A stretch of DNA of 64,000 nt from an uncultured Planctomycetaceae bacterium (GTDB lineage Bacteria > Planctomycetota > Planctomycetia > Planctomycetales > Planctomycetaceae): the NCBI GenBank assembly GCA_963815195.1, contig CAWFGE010000008.1, forward strand, positions 352,001-416,000, given 5' to 3'. The translations under genes and the position numbers were made by a program. Positions 9,711 to 23,811 of this stretch are shown piece after piece. The notes below the pieces were generated by a model. The model had not been told where the DNA came from and ran no database searches. It was given only the letters and a program-made list of their open reading frames with translations. The number at the start of each line of letters is the position of its first letter. Position 1 is the stretch's first letter.

Positions 9711-12700
9711 CTAAATCTCCAGGAGCAGCCAGTCCAAATCGCCGGCGAAGGCTTCATCATGCAGGTCGGTCACGCGGTCGCCGTCCTCATTGAGATTGAA
9801 CCAGAACCAATCGTCGCCCACGGAACCGGTGAGAACATCGGCGGAGCCGTCCCGTTGGACCGTGGTTTGATTGAGGACGACCGGCGCGCTCTTATCGCTC
9901 AGCGTGTTTATCCGCTCGGAATAAGTCAGATCCGTTCGCGTCCAGACAAGCATGACGAGGTTCAGCAACGAGGGAATGCGGTCGTAAATGATCGAACCGG
10001 CAATGAGGATGTCATCATCGGTGTTGCCCATGATGCGGTCGGCGTCCGGTGCCGCCAATTTCCAGATCCCGGCCGGCTCCTCCCAAAAGAAGGTCTTCGC
10101 CCGCACCGCCCAGGAGGACGTCATTGCCCGCTCCGCCTTTGAGCCGGTCATCGCCGGTGTCGCCGTAGAGCCACGCGGAAATCTCGACGTTCGCGCTAAC
10201 TTGGACATCATCATCTCCAGCCTGGCCGAAGACCACCAGTCGCGTGAGCATACCCGGCGGAACGGCGTAATGCGCGGTGGCCACGTCCACGGTGATCCCG
10301 TCGATCTGGCGCGTCAGTTCCAGATCGAATCCGGTCGCCGTCGCCTGAAACACGCCGACGAGCGTCTCCTGACTCGTCGAGGACAGCGGCGAATCCACCG
10401 TGGCGGTCAACGATCCCGAGGCCAAATGCCGCGAAAGGTCGCCCGAGAGTTGAATATCATCGGCTTCCAGCGTCCCGCCGACGGTCAATGTGTATTGGCC
10501 GGCGTTAAGCGGATCGTACTGAAGCGCCATTTCGGCGATGGTGATCCGGCCGGAGATCGAGGTCTCGACGCCGTGATCGTCCCGCACGGTGAGTGTGACC
10601 AGATACTCCCCGGCCGCGGTGAAGATGTGCGTCGGCGTAAACGCGCCCCCATCGGCGATCGAATGGAAGTCGATCACGGTCCCATCGCCGAAGTCCCACC
10701 GCACCAGTTCGGGCGTATGCGGTCCCGGAAACGTGATCGCTCCCGTGAAGGAGAGTTCCTGCCCGCGGACGCCGGAGAAGCCGGCCTGGTCCACGTTCAA
10801 TTCGGGACCGGAGAGCGAGAGCGTCAACGGCATGGCGACAACGTGAAGGCTAAAGAAAGCCGGTTGGCTGATGCCGCCGTCATCGTCCGCGACCACGAGA
10901 GACAGCACAAAGTCGCCGAGCGCATCGGGAGTGAAGTCGAATGTCGCCGCATCGACGATGGTTCCGGTCGGCAGGGCGTAAGGCAGGCCGTCTTTTATCA
11001 CGCTCCAGGCATAGCTGCTGGTGTCGGCGGTGCCGGGATCGTCGAAACTCGCCTGATATGTCGACTCCCGTGCGATGACCAAACCGTCATCCCCCAGGAT
11101 GGCGACGTTCTGCGGGGCGACGTTGTTGACGAACACGGTCACGGTGCCGCTCGCTTGCCCGCCGTCGTCGTCAGTGACGCTGAACGTGATCTGATAGGTG
11201 CCGTTGTCGGCGGGGACGAAATCGTAGCTCGCCCCCGTCGCCCCGGGAACGGTTTGTCCATCGATGGCCCATTGGAAACTGTGGGTATCGCTGCCGGGAT
11301 CTGTGAAGACGCCCGTCAGCATCAACGAGCTGCCTTCATCAAGGAACACCTGATTTTGGCTGCGGTCGCCCGCAGTGTCTGGGCCGATGAGCACGTCCAC
11401 ATCTTGCGGAGCGACGTTGTTGACTCGAATCGCCGCATCGATCGTTTGCATGCCGTCCACCAGGACCACGAGCGGGAACACATCGGGTCCACCGGAGGGG
11501 TCATCCCCATAGACATGGGACGTGAGGAACCGTGCGGTGGCGGAATCGAACACGGCCTGCGAGGTTTGCCCGTCGCCCCAAGCAATCTCGACAACTTCGT
11601 TGCCCGTCGCGTTCGTCAGCGCGACCGATGCGCTCACCCGGCCGCCTTCGTCGACGTCCGTTTGATCCAACCGGAGATGAACGTCGCCCTCGACAAAGTC
11701 CGCACCGCCGCTGGGATCCAAAAACACATCGCCTTCGGCGGCCCGAAATGCCACCACCTGCTCGCTGCCGCTGCTGCCGAACAATTTGTCCGCCCCGGCT
11801 CCGCCAATCAACACGTCGCCCGCCGGCTGCCCAGAGGCCGAGGGCTGTTCCGTCGGCGTTGTCTTGTACAAGAACAACTCGTACTGCCCCTGGTCGGTGT
11901 CGGTCACGCCGGTGTGGGCGGGATTGGCGGCCGCAAACGCATCCACGTCGAAGTTGGGTTCGTAAACGCCGAACTCCGGCGAATAAAAACGGAACGTGTC
12001 CACCTCGACGTAATAAACTCCATCCGCCGGCAAGATCACATCGAGTAACAGAGAATCGGTCGATTCGATGTTGTCATCGTTGAAGGCTCCCAAGGGACTG
12101 CCGTAATAATCCAGTTTATTCCCGTTCGAATCGTAGAGCCGGAGCAGGGAATCGATGGGATTGGCAATGCGATCGAGCGTGCTCGAATAGAGTTCCAGCG
12201 TGACCACGTCCCCGGCGCGGCCTTGGAAGGCATAGAAGTCGCTTTCGCTGTGGCCGGTGGCATCGAGGACAATTTCCCCAGCCACGTTCAACGTCGAGAC
12301 CATCCGATCGCCGCCCGCCAGGGGAACATTCATCATCTCGAGTTCGCCCAGATCCTGCGCCGCGTGCTGCGTCCCGCCGACGGTGATCGAATCAGACTTT
12401 TGTTCGTCGGGAAGTTCAATGGCCGTCCTGCCCGTCTCGGCGAAGGCCAGTTTGACGGATTCCCGTTCCCCGAAGTACGGATTGCCGACGGCATCGACGA
12501 GCGAAGTGCCCACCGACGCGGGCGACGCCAACAGATGCAAACGGGTCTCCACCGCAGATTCCGGCCCGCTGTAAGTCGGCAGGATGCGGTCGAATTTGAA
12601 GTTTGGAGACAGCCCGCTGCCGATCGGACCGAAGGCATCCTGATGCCGGAGTCCGAATTGGTGGCCCAGTTCGTGAGCGGCGATCGTGGAGGACAGGGCA

Positions 12701-15700
12701 ATGAAATGGTCGGACGTGCCCGGCAGCCGCTTCGGACCGAGAAAACCGTTGACATCCACAACGACGGTGCCGGAAAGACCCAAGAGCCGCCAGTTGAGCG
12801 ATTCCGCCCGGCCGCCCGGCTGCGCGACGCCGCCAATGATCGGCGTGGCATTGAAGAGCACCTGGAAGTAGCGGCCCGACTCGGGGCGGGTCTCTGTGAA
12901 CTGGATGTCAAACGCCCCGAAGTCGGCGGCCATCCGGGCCGCGATCGCATTCCGCTCCTCCGGCGAATAAACGTGCTCGCCCGAGTCGGTCGCCGAGTCG
13001 AAATCCAGATACACGAGCTTGGTGAAGTCGGACTGCAGAATGTCGTCGCCGCCCCGGCCGTCGAGGGTATCCGCGCCGCCTCGGCCGATGAGCTCGATTC
13101 GAGCGGTCGTTGCCGGCGATCACATCGGCGAAGGCGGTGCCGAACACGTCCTCCACGCCGCTGGGATCGTTGAGCGTCAGCGTCAGGTTGCCGCCGACGA
13201 TTTGCGCAACAGTAAGGCCCAAATCCAGCGTGACGCCGTTCGTGAACGCGTCGAAATCGAGCATATCCTCATCGAGATTCACGGCTTCGTTGATGGCGTC
13301 GTTTCCGCCGGCATCCGCGCCGAAATTGTAAACATCGCTGCCCGCGCCGCCGTCGAGCACATCATTGCCCGCGCCGCCGTCCAAGGTATCGTTTCCGATG
13401 CTGCCGATCAGAACATCATCGCCCCCGCCGCCCACCAAAGCCACGTTGCCGCTGAAGGCCGAAGCGTTCAAAACGTTGTTATGCTCCCCGCCCGTGAGCT
13501 CGACCCCCTCAAAGCCGTCCAGCGGGATGACGGTGCTGCCGAGGGTCAGCGAGTTGTTATTGAGGACGAGGTCGGCGTCGGCGTAATAGAGGAACCAGTC
13601 GGTGCCGGTTCCGGTGCCGTCCACGTTGTCGCCGAAGTATCGATCCTGGCCGCGGCCAACGATGCGATCGTCGCCTTCGCCGCCGACGATGAGATTGGCC
13701 CCGCCGGTGCCGAAGATCAGATCGTTCCCGTCCCCGCCGAACAGCGTGTCATCGTCGGTCGCGGTGGTGGTGTCGTTGCCGTCGCCGGCGTAGAGCGTGT
13801 CGTCTCCCATGCCGCCGTCCAGCGAATCGTTCCCGTCGCTGCCGATGAGGGTGTCGTTGCCCATGCCGCCGTCGAGGGACTCGTTGCCGTCGCCTCCGAC
13901 AAGCGAATCGTTTCCGTCGCCGCCCATCAGCGTATCATCGCCCGTACCGGCATCGAGAGAATCCTCCCCGCCGCCGGCACTTAATGTGTCGTTGCCCGCG
14001 CCGCCGTCGAGCGAATCGTTGCCGCCGCCGCCGAAGATCAAATCGTTCCCGTCGCCGCCGAAGAGCGTATCGTCGCCGTACTCGTTTGTGTCGGTGCTGT
14101 CGCCGTTGCCCTCGCCCGCAATCAGCGTGTCGTTGCCCATGCCGCCGTCGAGCGAATCGTTGCCGTCCCCGGAGACCAGCGTATCGTTGCCGTCCGCGCC
14201 GGTGAGCGAATCGTTCCCCGAACCGCCGTCGAGGGTGTCATTCCCCACCCCGCCATCCAGCGAATCATTCCCGCCGCCGCCGAAGATCAGGTTCGCTTCC
14301 TCGTTGCCGCTGAGGTTATCGGTCTGCCCGGAACCGAGGACGTTCTCAAACGTGCCCTTGAGCGTGATCGTGTCGCCGCCGTCTGTGGCGGTTTGAGGCG
14401 CATCGGTCGCCCCCAAATCGAGCGTGACGCCTTCGTCCACGGCGGCGAAGCTGATGGTGTCGTTGCCGTCGGCCCCACTTTCATCAAGAACCTTGTCGCT
14501 GAAGCCCAGAATAAGGTACAGATCGTCTCCAGCCCCGCCGACCAGGCTGTCGTTGCCAAGGCTGGTGAGGGTGTCATTGCCGGCCCCGCCGACCAGCGTA
14601 TCGTCCCCCGAACCGCCGTCGAGGTAATCGTCCCCCGAACCCATGACGACGAAATCGTCGCCGGCCCCGGCGAACACGGCCACGGGGATTGTCACCGCCG
14701 AACTTATCGTCACAGTATCGTTGCCCGCGTCGGTCGCGATCAGAATCGCAATCGCCGGCCCGGTATCAATCGCCGGTCCCCCGTTGAAGATCACCGTGAC
14801 GGCCGTGGGATCGTCGGTCGTGTCGGCGGTGGGCGCGATGTCGATTCTGTCGTCCTGATCCCTGCCCCCGATGAACAAGACCTCGGCGTTGCCCTGCCCG
14901 CCGTCGTCGTCAACCGCGTTTAATATCACGCGGGCCACGCCGCCCGACGGCCGAGGAAAACTCAACGTGGATTGGTCGTCCGTCAGCCCCGTCAGCGGCA
15001 CCCCGTCAACCGTCACGGTCCAAGCATATTGATACGCCTCCGCCGGACTTGGATCCGCCACCACGGCCCGCAAGCGGACCGTCATGCCGTCGCTTCCATC
15101 GTCAACGACGTTCGGTTGCGGCGGGACGTTGGTCACGGTCGCGGACGACTGCTCGAGAACCGCCGCGCCGCTGGCATCGGTCACCGTGACCGACATCAGA
15201 TAATCGTCGCTCGCCGTCCCTGGGAGATTGTCGTCGGGGTATCGGTGCTTGACGGTAAAGCTCGAGACGCCCGCATTCAGAGTGAACGTCGTCTCGGGAC
15301 ATGATCGAACGAGAATCCCAACTCGCCGGGGGCAACGACCAGCGTATCGCTCGTCCCGTCCCCCCAATAAACGAACACCGTATGTTGATCGTCCGGATCG
15401 GGGGCTTCAAACAGGCCGTCCAAACGAAAATCGCGGCTCTCGGGCAGATCGAACGTGACCAGTCCGAATGCTGCTTCCGGGGCGGTGGTGGGCTCGAGGA
15501 TCGTGACGATCAAGCTGTCAGGCAAAATCGTGAGCGGCTGGCTGAAGTTTGCCGCCTGGGCCAGTGAAAACTCGCTGGTGCTTCCGCCGGCCGCGGTCGC
15601 GGTCGCAGTGACGGATTCCCCCGCGACCGTGTATGCGGAGAGCGTGACATCAAAGCCGGCGGCGCCCACAGAATTTGTGGTCACGCTCGTCGATCCAAGA

Positions 15701-18700
15701 TACCGCCGGCCCTCGCCAAACCCGCTCGGATCCAAAGCGGCGTTCGCGTAAAAGTCCAGCATAAGCGTTATACCGGCCGGTCCGCTGATGCTTCCCAGCA
15801 AGCGCGTCGCGGCTCCACCTTGAACGCTGAAGAACACAGGGAAGTCTTGAACCCCGGCACCGTTCACCGTTACGCCGTCGTCCAAATAGTCGATGCCCAG
15901 TCCGCCGTTGGAATAGATACTGTTGCCCCGAATCGCCGCCCCGCCGTCAAAATATGTCACGCCGTCGAGCGAGTTCGAGGCAATCGTGTTTCCCTCGGCG
16001 GCATCGTTTGTTCCATCGCCGTCGGCCCCGATGAAATTCGCCGCGGCCCCGGCCTGGATGCGCACGCCGGAACCGACGTTGCCAAGAGCGAACAGCCCCC
16101 GTTCGTCCGTGCCGATCGAGTTGCCCATCACGAGATTCCCCGTGGTCCCCGCATCGCTGAGCAGGACGCCGTTGGCCCCATTCGCGGAAATCACATTCCG
16201 CGCCGCCGGAATAGAACCGCCGATCACGTTGGCCGAAGCACCGAGTTGGAGCAGCAAGCCGTTGCTCCCATTCCCCAAAGGGACCGTGCCAGTGATGTCC
16301 GTGCCGATGTCATTCCCGGCGACAACATTTCCATCCGTCCCGGCGTTTCGAATCAGGACCCCGGCGCCCCGGTTGCCTGAAATCACATTGCCTTCGAAAC
16401 CATCGGACTTCCCATTGCCGTCCGTTCCCACAAAATTGCTTGTTGCTCCGTTTTGGATGGTCACGCCGTTAAATCCGTTCCCAAGCGGATTCTTCCCTTC
16501 CGCATCCGTCCCGATCCGGTTGCCTGCGACGATGTTGAATTGCGTTCCGGCCTGCGAAATGTTCACGCCGTTAAACTGATTTCCGGAGATGAGATTGCTT
16601 TCCGTCGCGTCATTTGCTTCATCGCCATCGGTGCCGACAAAGTTACCCGTCGCGGCCGCAAAGATGTTGACGCCTTGTTGCAGGTTGCCGAGCGCGATCT
16701 TCCCAATCGCGTCCGTTCCAATGTAGTTGCCCTGAACCCGGTTGCCGGTGGTTCCGGGATTGACGATCCGCACGCCGTCGATTGTGTTGCCGGAGATTAC
16801 GTTTCGTTCCGCTGCGCTTGACCCGCCGATCCGGTTGTTGGCCGCACCATTCGAGATTACGATTCCAGTTGAGTGATTCCCGAGAATAGCCGTTCCTGTC
16901 TTGTCGATACCGATGGAGTTCCCGGCGACCAGGTTGTTCTCTGTTCCCGGGCCGGTAATGGCAATACCGATTCCAAGATTGCCGGAGACAAGATTCTCCC
17001 GGATGCGATTGCCGGCCGCCCCGGCTTGAATCATAATCCCATGAAACGTGTTTCCGAGCGAGATTGTTCCCTTGGCATCCGTCCCAATCCGGTTGCCTGC
17101 GACGACGTTGGCGTCCGTTCCGGTCTGCGCGATGTTGACGCCGACAACGAGGTTGGCCGAGATGACGTTGCCCTCGTCCGCATCGTGATGCCCATCGCCG
17201 TTGGTGCCGATGTAGTTCGAACTTGCGCCGTTGACAATTCGCACGCCATCGACCGCGTTGCCGAGACCGCTGTCGCCCGCGGCATTGGTGCCGATCAAGT
17301 TGCCGGCGATCACGTTGTTGCTCGTGCCTGTGTTGAGGAGGAACACGCCGTGGCGATCGTTGCCGGAGATGACGTTCCGCTCATTGGCATTGAAGTCGTC
17401 ATCACTACCATCGGTTCCGACGCGATTGAACGCCGCGCCTTGCCAGATCGCGACTCCATCAAAGGCATTTCCCAGATCCACGGCTCCCGTGACATCCGTG
17501 CCGATGTAGTTGCCCGCGACGATGTTCTGATCGGTCCCGGCATGCACGATCTCGACGCCGAGAAACCCATTGGCGGAAATGATGTTTCGCTCGTCGGCAT
17601 CCCTCTGGCCGTCGCCGTCGGTGCCGACTCGATTGTTTGAGGCACCGGCGGCGATGCGGACTCCGCTGCCCCCGTTACCCAACGACGACATCGTCCCCGA
17701 CACATCCGTGCCGAGGTAATTCCCTTCGACAACGTTCCCCGAACTTGCGTTGATCTCGATGCCGTCGCCGCCAAAGCGATTGATTGCCAACCCGCGAATC
17801 GTGCTGCCGTCGCTCCCCGCAACCAAGCGCAGACCATCTACCGCGGCGCCTGCGCTGGTGCCATCGAGCTCAATCACCGGGTTGTCGGCGACGTTGGGGT
17901 TATTGGCGAAGCCAGGTTCCGTCCAACCATCGATCGTGACGGTGTCGGTGATTGCGGGGAGCGGCGAAAGCAGCGAAATCGTATGCGGCCCCACTCCGGG
18001 GATATTGAACTCGATCGTGTTGAAGTCCGGCGACGTGTTCGAATCCAGAATCGCCTGCCGCAGGGAACCGGGGCCGCTGTCGTTGGTGTTAATGACGACG
18101 ATCGTCTGGGGGATCGAGCCGCTCACCGTCAGCGTAATGGTCGCGGTTCCCTGCGCGGTGTATGTTGCACCGGCGACCGCTTCGTAGTTCGCAAGGACCT
18201 GCGAATCATTGAGCAATTGATCGTCGTAAATCCGGAAAATGGCGATCTGGCCGTCAAAGCTCTCAGTTCCCGCCTGCCCGCCGCCGATTCCCCCCGCGTT
18301 AGCGCCTCCACGTGTTCCAATGGCCGACGGATCTCCGCCGGTCCAATCCCCCCCGACCGCCGTGTCGGTTCCGACGAACTGCCCGTTAATATAAAGGTTC
18401 ATGACGCCCGTCGACACCTCGTAAGTGCCGATGGCTTGAATGAACTCGCTACTGATTCCAGAAATGTCAAAGGCGATATCGCCGGCGTTCGGCTGCTTGC
18501 GAAACCGGAGCAGGTTGTCATCGACATAAAAACCAACGCCCGTTCCCCCGCCGTCCTCAAACAGGATCTGCCCGTTTATCGCGGTCGGCGCGAGGTTGTC
18601 CGGTTTGAACCAGATCTCAAAGGTCACGTTGTCATTCGACCAGTCGCCGGGGGCGTTTTGAAAGGACTGGGCGGTCGATGTATTCACGGCGACCAATTGA

Positions 18701-21700
18701 GCACCGGCCTCGTTGTTTACATATCCCCCTGGAAAGTCGTATGCAGCTGTGATACCGGGCAAACCGCTCACACCCGTCACACGTGCCACCGCGGGCAGAT
18801 TGTCGAGCAGCAACTCCAGCGCCGATGTGCCGATTTGATCTTCCCAACGATCGTCGCCATCCGCATCGAGACTCGCATCGACGGCAAAGTCACTCCCCGG
18901 TGTCAATGCCCCGGCGATGGTGGTGGCAATCTCATAGGTGAACGTGTCCGACGTAAAGGTTCCCGGAGTCAAGGTGGACGGGTCATAGGTAAAGCTGCCG
19001 TCCGGATTCACCATGACCGTGGCGCCGTTGATGCTGTTTGTATTGGATATGACCTCAATCGGATCGCCAAAGTCATTTGCCAACACGCCATTTAAGCCAT
19101 CGACACTCAGCGGCGTATCGACGTCGGTGGTATAGTTCGGGTCATCTGGCGTTTCGGGATCGTCATTGGCGTAAGCCGCTGGGATCAGCGCGACGTCGTT
19201 GCCGTCGCCGCCTGCGTATGTAATCAAAAAACTGATCCCCCCAACGCTCAGCAAGGCTCGCTCGGGAAGTCCGGCAAACGTGCCAATGACAGGGTCCGTA
19301 CCGTCATTCGTAATCAACTGAAAACTGTCGCCGGGGCCGGGCGTAACTCCTCCGAAAGGCACCCCATCGAGCGCACCCGCGAGCGTGACCGTCCCGTTGA
19401 CGATCAGTTGATCGAAATCGGGCGTCAAGGGGTTTGTGCCTGCGATTTCGATGTCGAGCGTTCCGCCTGCGTTCTGCGTGTAGTCGCCATTGATCGTAAT
19501 AATGCCGGGCGAGTTGCCGGGTGCGAGCGTGCCATCGTTGGACACTCCGCCGTTGATCGTTCCGCTGCCGGACAGCGTCGCACCGCCCGCAATGTCGACA
19601 GCAAGCCCAGTGTTCAGAAGCAAAGCCCCGCCGTCCACCGTTGTGCCGATTCCGTTACTAAGGAGGGACCGGTTTCCTATCGTTTGGGCGCCGTCGAGGC
19701 GAATCCCATCACCGTCATTGCCGGAAATCACGTTCCGCTCAGCCGGGAGAGAACCGCCAATGTCGTTATTTGACGCTCCGCTCTCGATGTTGATCCCGTG
19801 TCGCAGATTGCCCCGTGCCGTTTGTCCGTTCGGGTCGGTGCCGATGTAATTGCCCGCCACGATATTATCATTTGCGAACAGCTCCGAAGAATAGGCCGTG
19901 ACCGAGATGGAACCGGCCAGGGCGAGTTCCGGAGCGGGGTTCGGGTCTCCGAGGACTCGATATTGAAATGCGGTGTCGCGTACTGCCAGTTCCCAACCGG
20001 CGCCGCCACCCGCGTCGAAGCCGGCCCACTCAAAGGAATGCAGGCCGGCCGAAAGCACGACGCTCCCGGCACGAGTTCGGAATCCGTGGGGTAAGTCATC
20101 GACGACCACATCGGCCCCATCGATCCGCAGGCGGCTCCCGTCGTCACCCCCGATGCGAAACACGTATGTTCCGGGCGTGACCACATTGATCTGCCCGGTG
20201 GCCACGAAGCCGAAATCGTCGCCGCCACCGCCTGGAACCGGGTTGTCATAAGCAAAATTGCCAGCCGGCCCCCCCACGTCCCGGAGGTCCGCCTGGTCGA
20301 TCGTGCCGCTGGCGGTGCGGTTGGGGAGAGTTCCCGCAACCAGGGCATCCAAAACGGACAGTCGCGTAATCGGGACCAAAATTCCTGTGATCGCGATCCC
20401 GTCTTGCCCATTCCCCGAAACAATATTTCGTTCTTCTTCGTCCTGCTGCCCGTCGGCATCTGTGCCAATTCGGTTGCCCCCGCTTCCCACAATCGAGATT
20501 CCGTTCAAGTTGTTCGCTAAAACGTTTCCCATCCCATCCAGGCCGACCAAGTTTCCGGCGACGACGTTGTTGGACGCCATTCCATCGATGAGGATCCCAT
20601 GCTCCCTATTTCCAGAGATCACGTTTCCCGCCACAGTATTATTCGAAGTATTGTCGTCCACGATTTCGACGCCGTTCAACTGAGAGCCTGCAATAATATT
20701 ACGCTCGAAAACTTCGCTTACTCCGTCGCCATTTGTGCCGATACGGTTCTGGTTTGCGCCGTTCTCGAGGCGGATACCGTTGCTGCTATTCCCAATCGCT
20801 GTGGTTCCGTCCGCAGCTGTTCCAATGAAATTCCCCGCGATCACGTTCGATTCCGCGAGAGAAGTAATTAACACCCCGTCGGAATGGCCGCCCGAAATCA
20901 CGTTACCTTCCGATTGATCATTCGATCCATCGCCGTCCGTACCGATCACATTGGATTTCCCAAAAGAGATTCTGACGTTACGACCATTGCCAAGCGCGTT
21001 GGCTCCTGTCGCATCGACACCGATGTAATTTCCGGAGACCCGATTACCGTTCGCACCAGAACTAAAGAATAGGCCATCTCCAACGTTCCCACTGATCACA
21101 TTTCGTGCAGCGGCGGTCGATCCTCCGATGAGGTTGTTTTGCGAGCTGATGATTTCGATGCCGCCACTGGTATTGCCGAGGGCAGACATACCGGCTACGT
21201 CTGTGCCGATGTAGTTGCCTGAGATCACGTTGTTCGAACTACCTAGAATCAAGATCCCGTAGTAGCCGAAGCGATTGATCACCAAACCGCGGATCTGGCT
21301 CCCGCTACTGCCGGCCTGCAGTTCCAGGCCAAAATGGAAGTAACCATTTCCGTGCAGTTCCACGACCGGCGTGCCGGCAAAATCCGGTTCCGACCAGCCG
21401 TCGATCATGACGGTGTCCGTGATCGCGGGGAGCCCTGCCGGGCCCACGCTGATCCGATGCGGCCCCGGACCCGGGATGTCGAAGGTGATCGTGTCAACGC
21501 CCGGGTTGTTGTTGGCGTTGATGATCGCTTGCCGCAAGGAACCCGGTCCGAAGTTTTCTGTGGTGGTAACCGTTGTCGGCCGAGGCGAAGGGGATGCACT
21601 CGTTCCCAAAAGCACGGAAACGTCGTCGCTGAAATTATTCGCCGTCACCAGGTCGATCACATCGTCGGCGTCGAAATCCCCCGTCGTAATGGATCGCGGG

Positions 21701-23811
21701 CTCTCACCTGCGGCATAACTTTGTGCCGCCTGAAACGTGCCGTCGCCGTTGCCCACAAGGACGGAGATGTCGTCGCTGCCGCTCTCGGCCGTTGCCAGGT
21801 CGACCACGCCGTCGCGGTCAAAATCCGCGGCTGTCACGGAACTCGGAGGATTTCCGGTCGCGAAGTTCTGAGCCGGCTGAAACGTCCCATCTCCGTTCCC
21901 CACGAGAACGGAAACGTCGGCGCTCGTTTCATTTGCCGTGACGATGTCGATCGCATTGTCGCCGTTGACGTCGACCGTCACGACGGAATTTGGCTCATCA
22001 CCGGCGGCGAAACTTTGCGGTGTCTGGAACGTTCCATTTCCATTGCCCAACAACACCGAGACCTGACCGATACTTGGGTTTGCCGCGACCAGGTCGATGT
22101 CACCGTCGCCATCAATGTCCGCCGCCGCCACTGCCCGTGGACTGGTGCCGGCAGCAAAGTTCTGTGCCGCTCGGAACGCCCCGTCGCCGTTCCCGAGGAG
22201 GATTGAGACGTTGTGGCTGGCGACGTTGGCGATGGCGAGGTCGATCAGCCTGTCGCCATTGAAATCCCCCGTGACCCCGGCGACCGGGCCGCTACCGACG
22301 GCGATCGTTGAGAGTAAGGAGATGCCTTGAAGTAGCACCGTCACGCTGTTGGCGTTCGGGTTGATCGCGGCCAGATCGGTCCGGCCGTCCGCATTGAAGT
22401 CCCCCGCCACCAACGACTGCGGCCGCTGGATGACTGCAATCGTTTGAGCCGTCTGGAAGCTTCCATCGCCGTTCCCATACAGCAAGGAGATCGCCTTGTT
22501 GCCAAAAAGATCGGTGTTATTGAAATTGGCCGTGGCCAGGTCCGTCACGCCGTCGCCGTTGAAGTCTCCCACAACCACCTCTTCCGGATTCTCGTCGACC
22601 GCGATGTTCCGCACCGACACAAAGGTCCCATCGCCGTCCCCCAGGAGAACTGAGACATCGTCGCTGCCGGCGTTTGCGACGGCGACATCGATCACCGAAT
22701 CGCCGTTGAAGTCCCCCGTGGTCACCGACTGCGGTGTGTCGCCCGTTCCAAAACTCCGGGCCGCCTGGAACGTCCCATTCCCGTTCCCCAAGAGGACGGA
22801 GATGTCGTCGCGGGTATAGTTCGCCGTGATGACGTCGGTTGCCCCGTCGCCGTTGACATCCGCCGAGGTCACAGACCAAACGGCATTGCTGGCCGCGAAC
22901 TGCTGGGCCGACTGAAACGTCCCATCCCCGTTGCCGAAAAGCACTGCGACGGTGCCACTGGCAACGTTGCCGGTGATCAAATCGGTTGCGTTATCGTTGT
23001 TAAAGTCCCCCGTTGCCACGGACTGCGGGCTGTTGCCGGCAGAGAAGTTTTGCGCTGCTTGAAACGTGCCGTCGCCGTTGCTCAAAAAGACCGACGCCTG
23101 ACCGCTGCTGTAGCTCGCAACGGCGACGTCAGCCAGATTGTCGCCGTTGAAATCCCCGGCTGTCAGAGACCGCGGGGAGCCGAGCGTCCCGAAAGTCAAC
23201 GCTGCCTGAAACGACCCATCCCCGTTGGCGAAGAGCACCGACACGGTGCCGGTGTTGATGTTCGCTGTGGCGAGGTCGATGGCTCCATCATCGTTGAAAT
23301 CGCCGGTCGTCACCGACCGCGGGCCGTCTCCGACGGCAAAGTCAACCGCCGTCTGAAAGGTGCCGTCGCCGTTGCCCAACAGCACCGATACGCTGTCGCT
23401 GCTGTTATTGGCCACAGCCAGGTCGATCCGATTGTCGCCGTCGAAGTCCGCAGTCGTCACGGAATAGGGTGCATTGCCGACGGCGTAGTCTTGCGCCGCT
23501 TGGAACTTCCCATTTCCATTGCCCAAAAGCACGGAGACATTGGAACTGTTGAAGTTCGCGGTGACGAGGTCGCTGGCACCGTCGCCGTTGAAGTCGGCCA
23601 TCGCCACCGACAACGGTTGATCACCGACGTCGAATCGCGAATCCGGAAACAGCGGCTCGCCCGAAAGCAGAGTGCGATCCTCCAAGACTTCCGCGCCGAT
23701 CCAATGTTCCCGCCGTCGCCCGATGCGGCTTCGGCGGGCGTGGAAACGGCCTGCGTTGGTCTTTGTCCAAGAGATCGGGAGGGACCACAGCAATTGAAAA
23801 AAGCGATTCAT
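9711..23811 (-). CDS. Giant (~4,700 aa) secreted multidomain adhesin/protease: FG-GAP, beta-helix, PA14, Ig-like, LamG, PKD, RTX repeats, Zn-protease, PPC-like. Split at about 15298, 13097 and 10050
   Basis: Leader MNRFFQLL...AEVLEDRTLLS; DFNGDG..DL repeats; GNYIGTD helix repeats; GDDGSRLRIDG (PA14); WGDG/WDFGDG (PKD); GGxGNDxL nonapeptides; HELGHQFGLRH. Four collinear ORFs on one strand. Confidence 0.85.
13330..14690 (-). repeat. RTX/hemolysin-type Ca-binding nonapeptide repeat coding block
   Basis: Many GGxGNDS/TL units, seen as tandem 27-bp periodicity. Confidence 0.9.
21600..23650 (-). repeat. FG-GAP/VCBS repeat coding block
   Basis: About 13-14 units of ~49 aa: PxSVxxGDFNGDGxxDLxxAN...VSVLLGNGDGTFQ. 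Confidence 0.9.
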
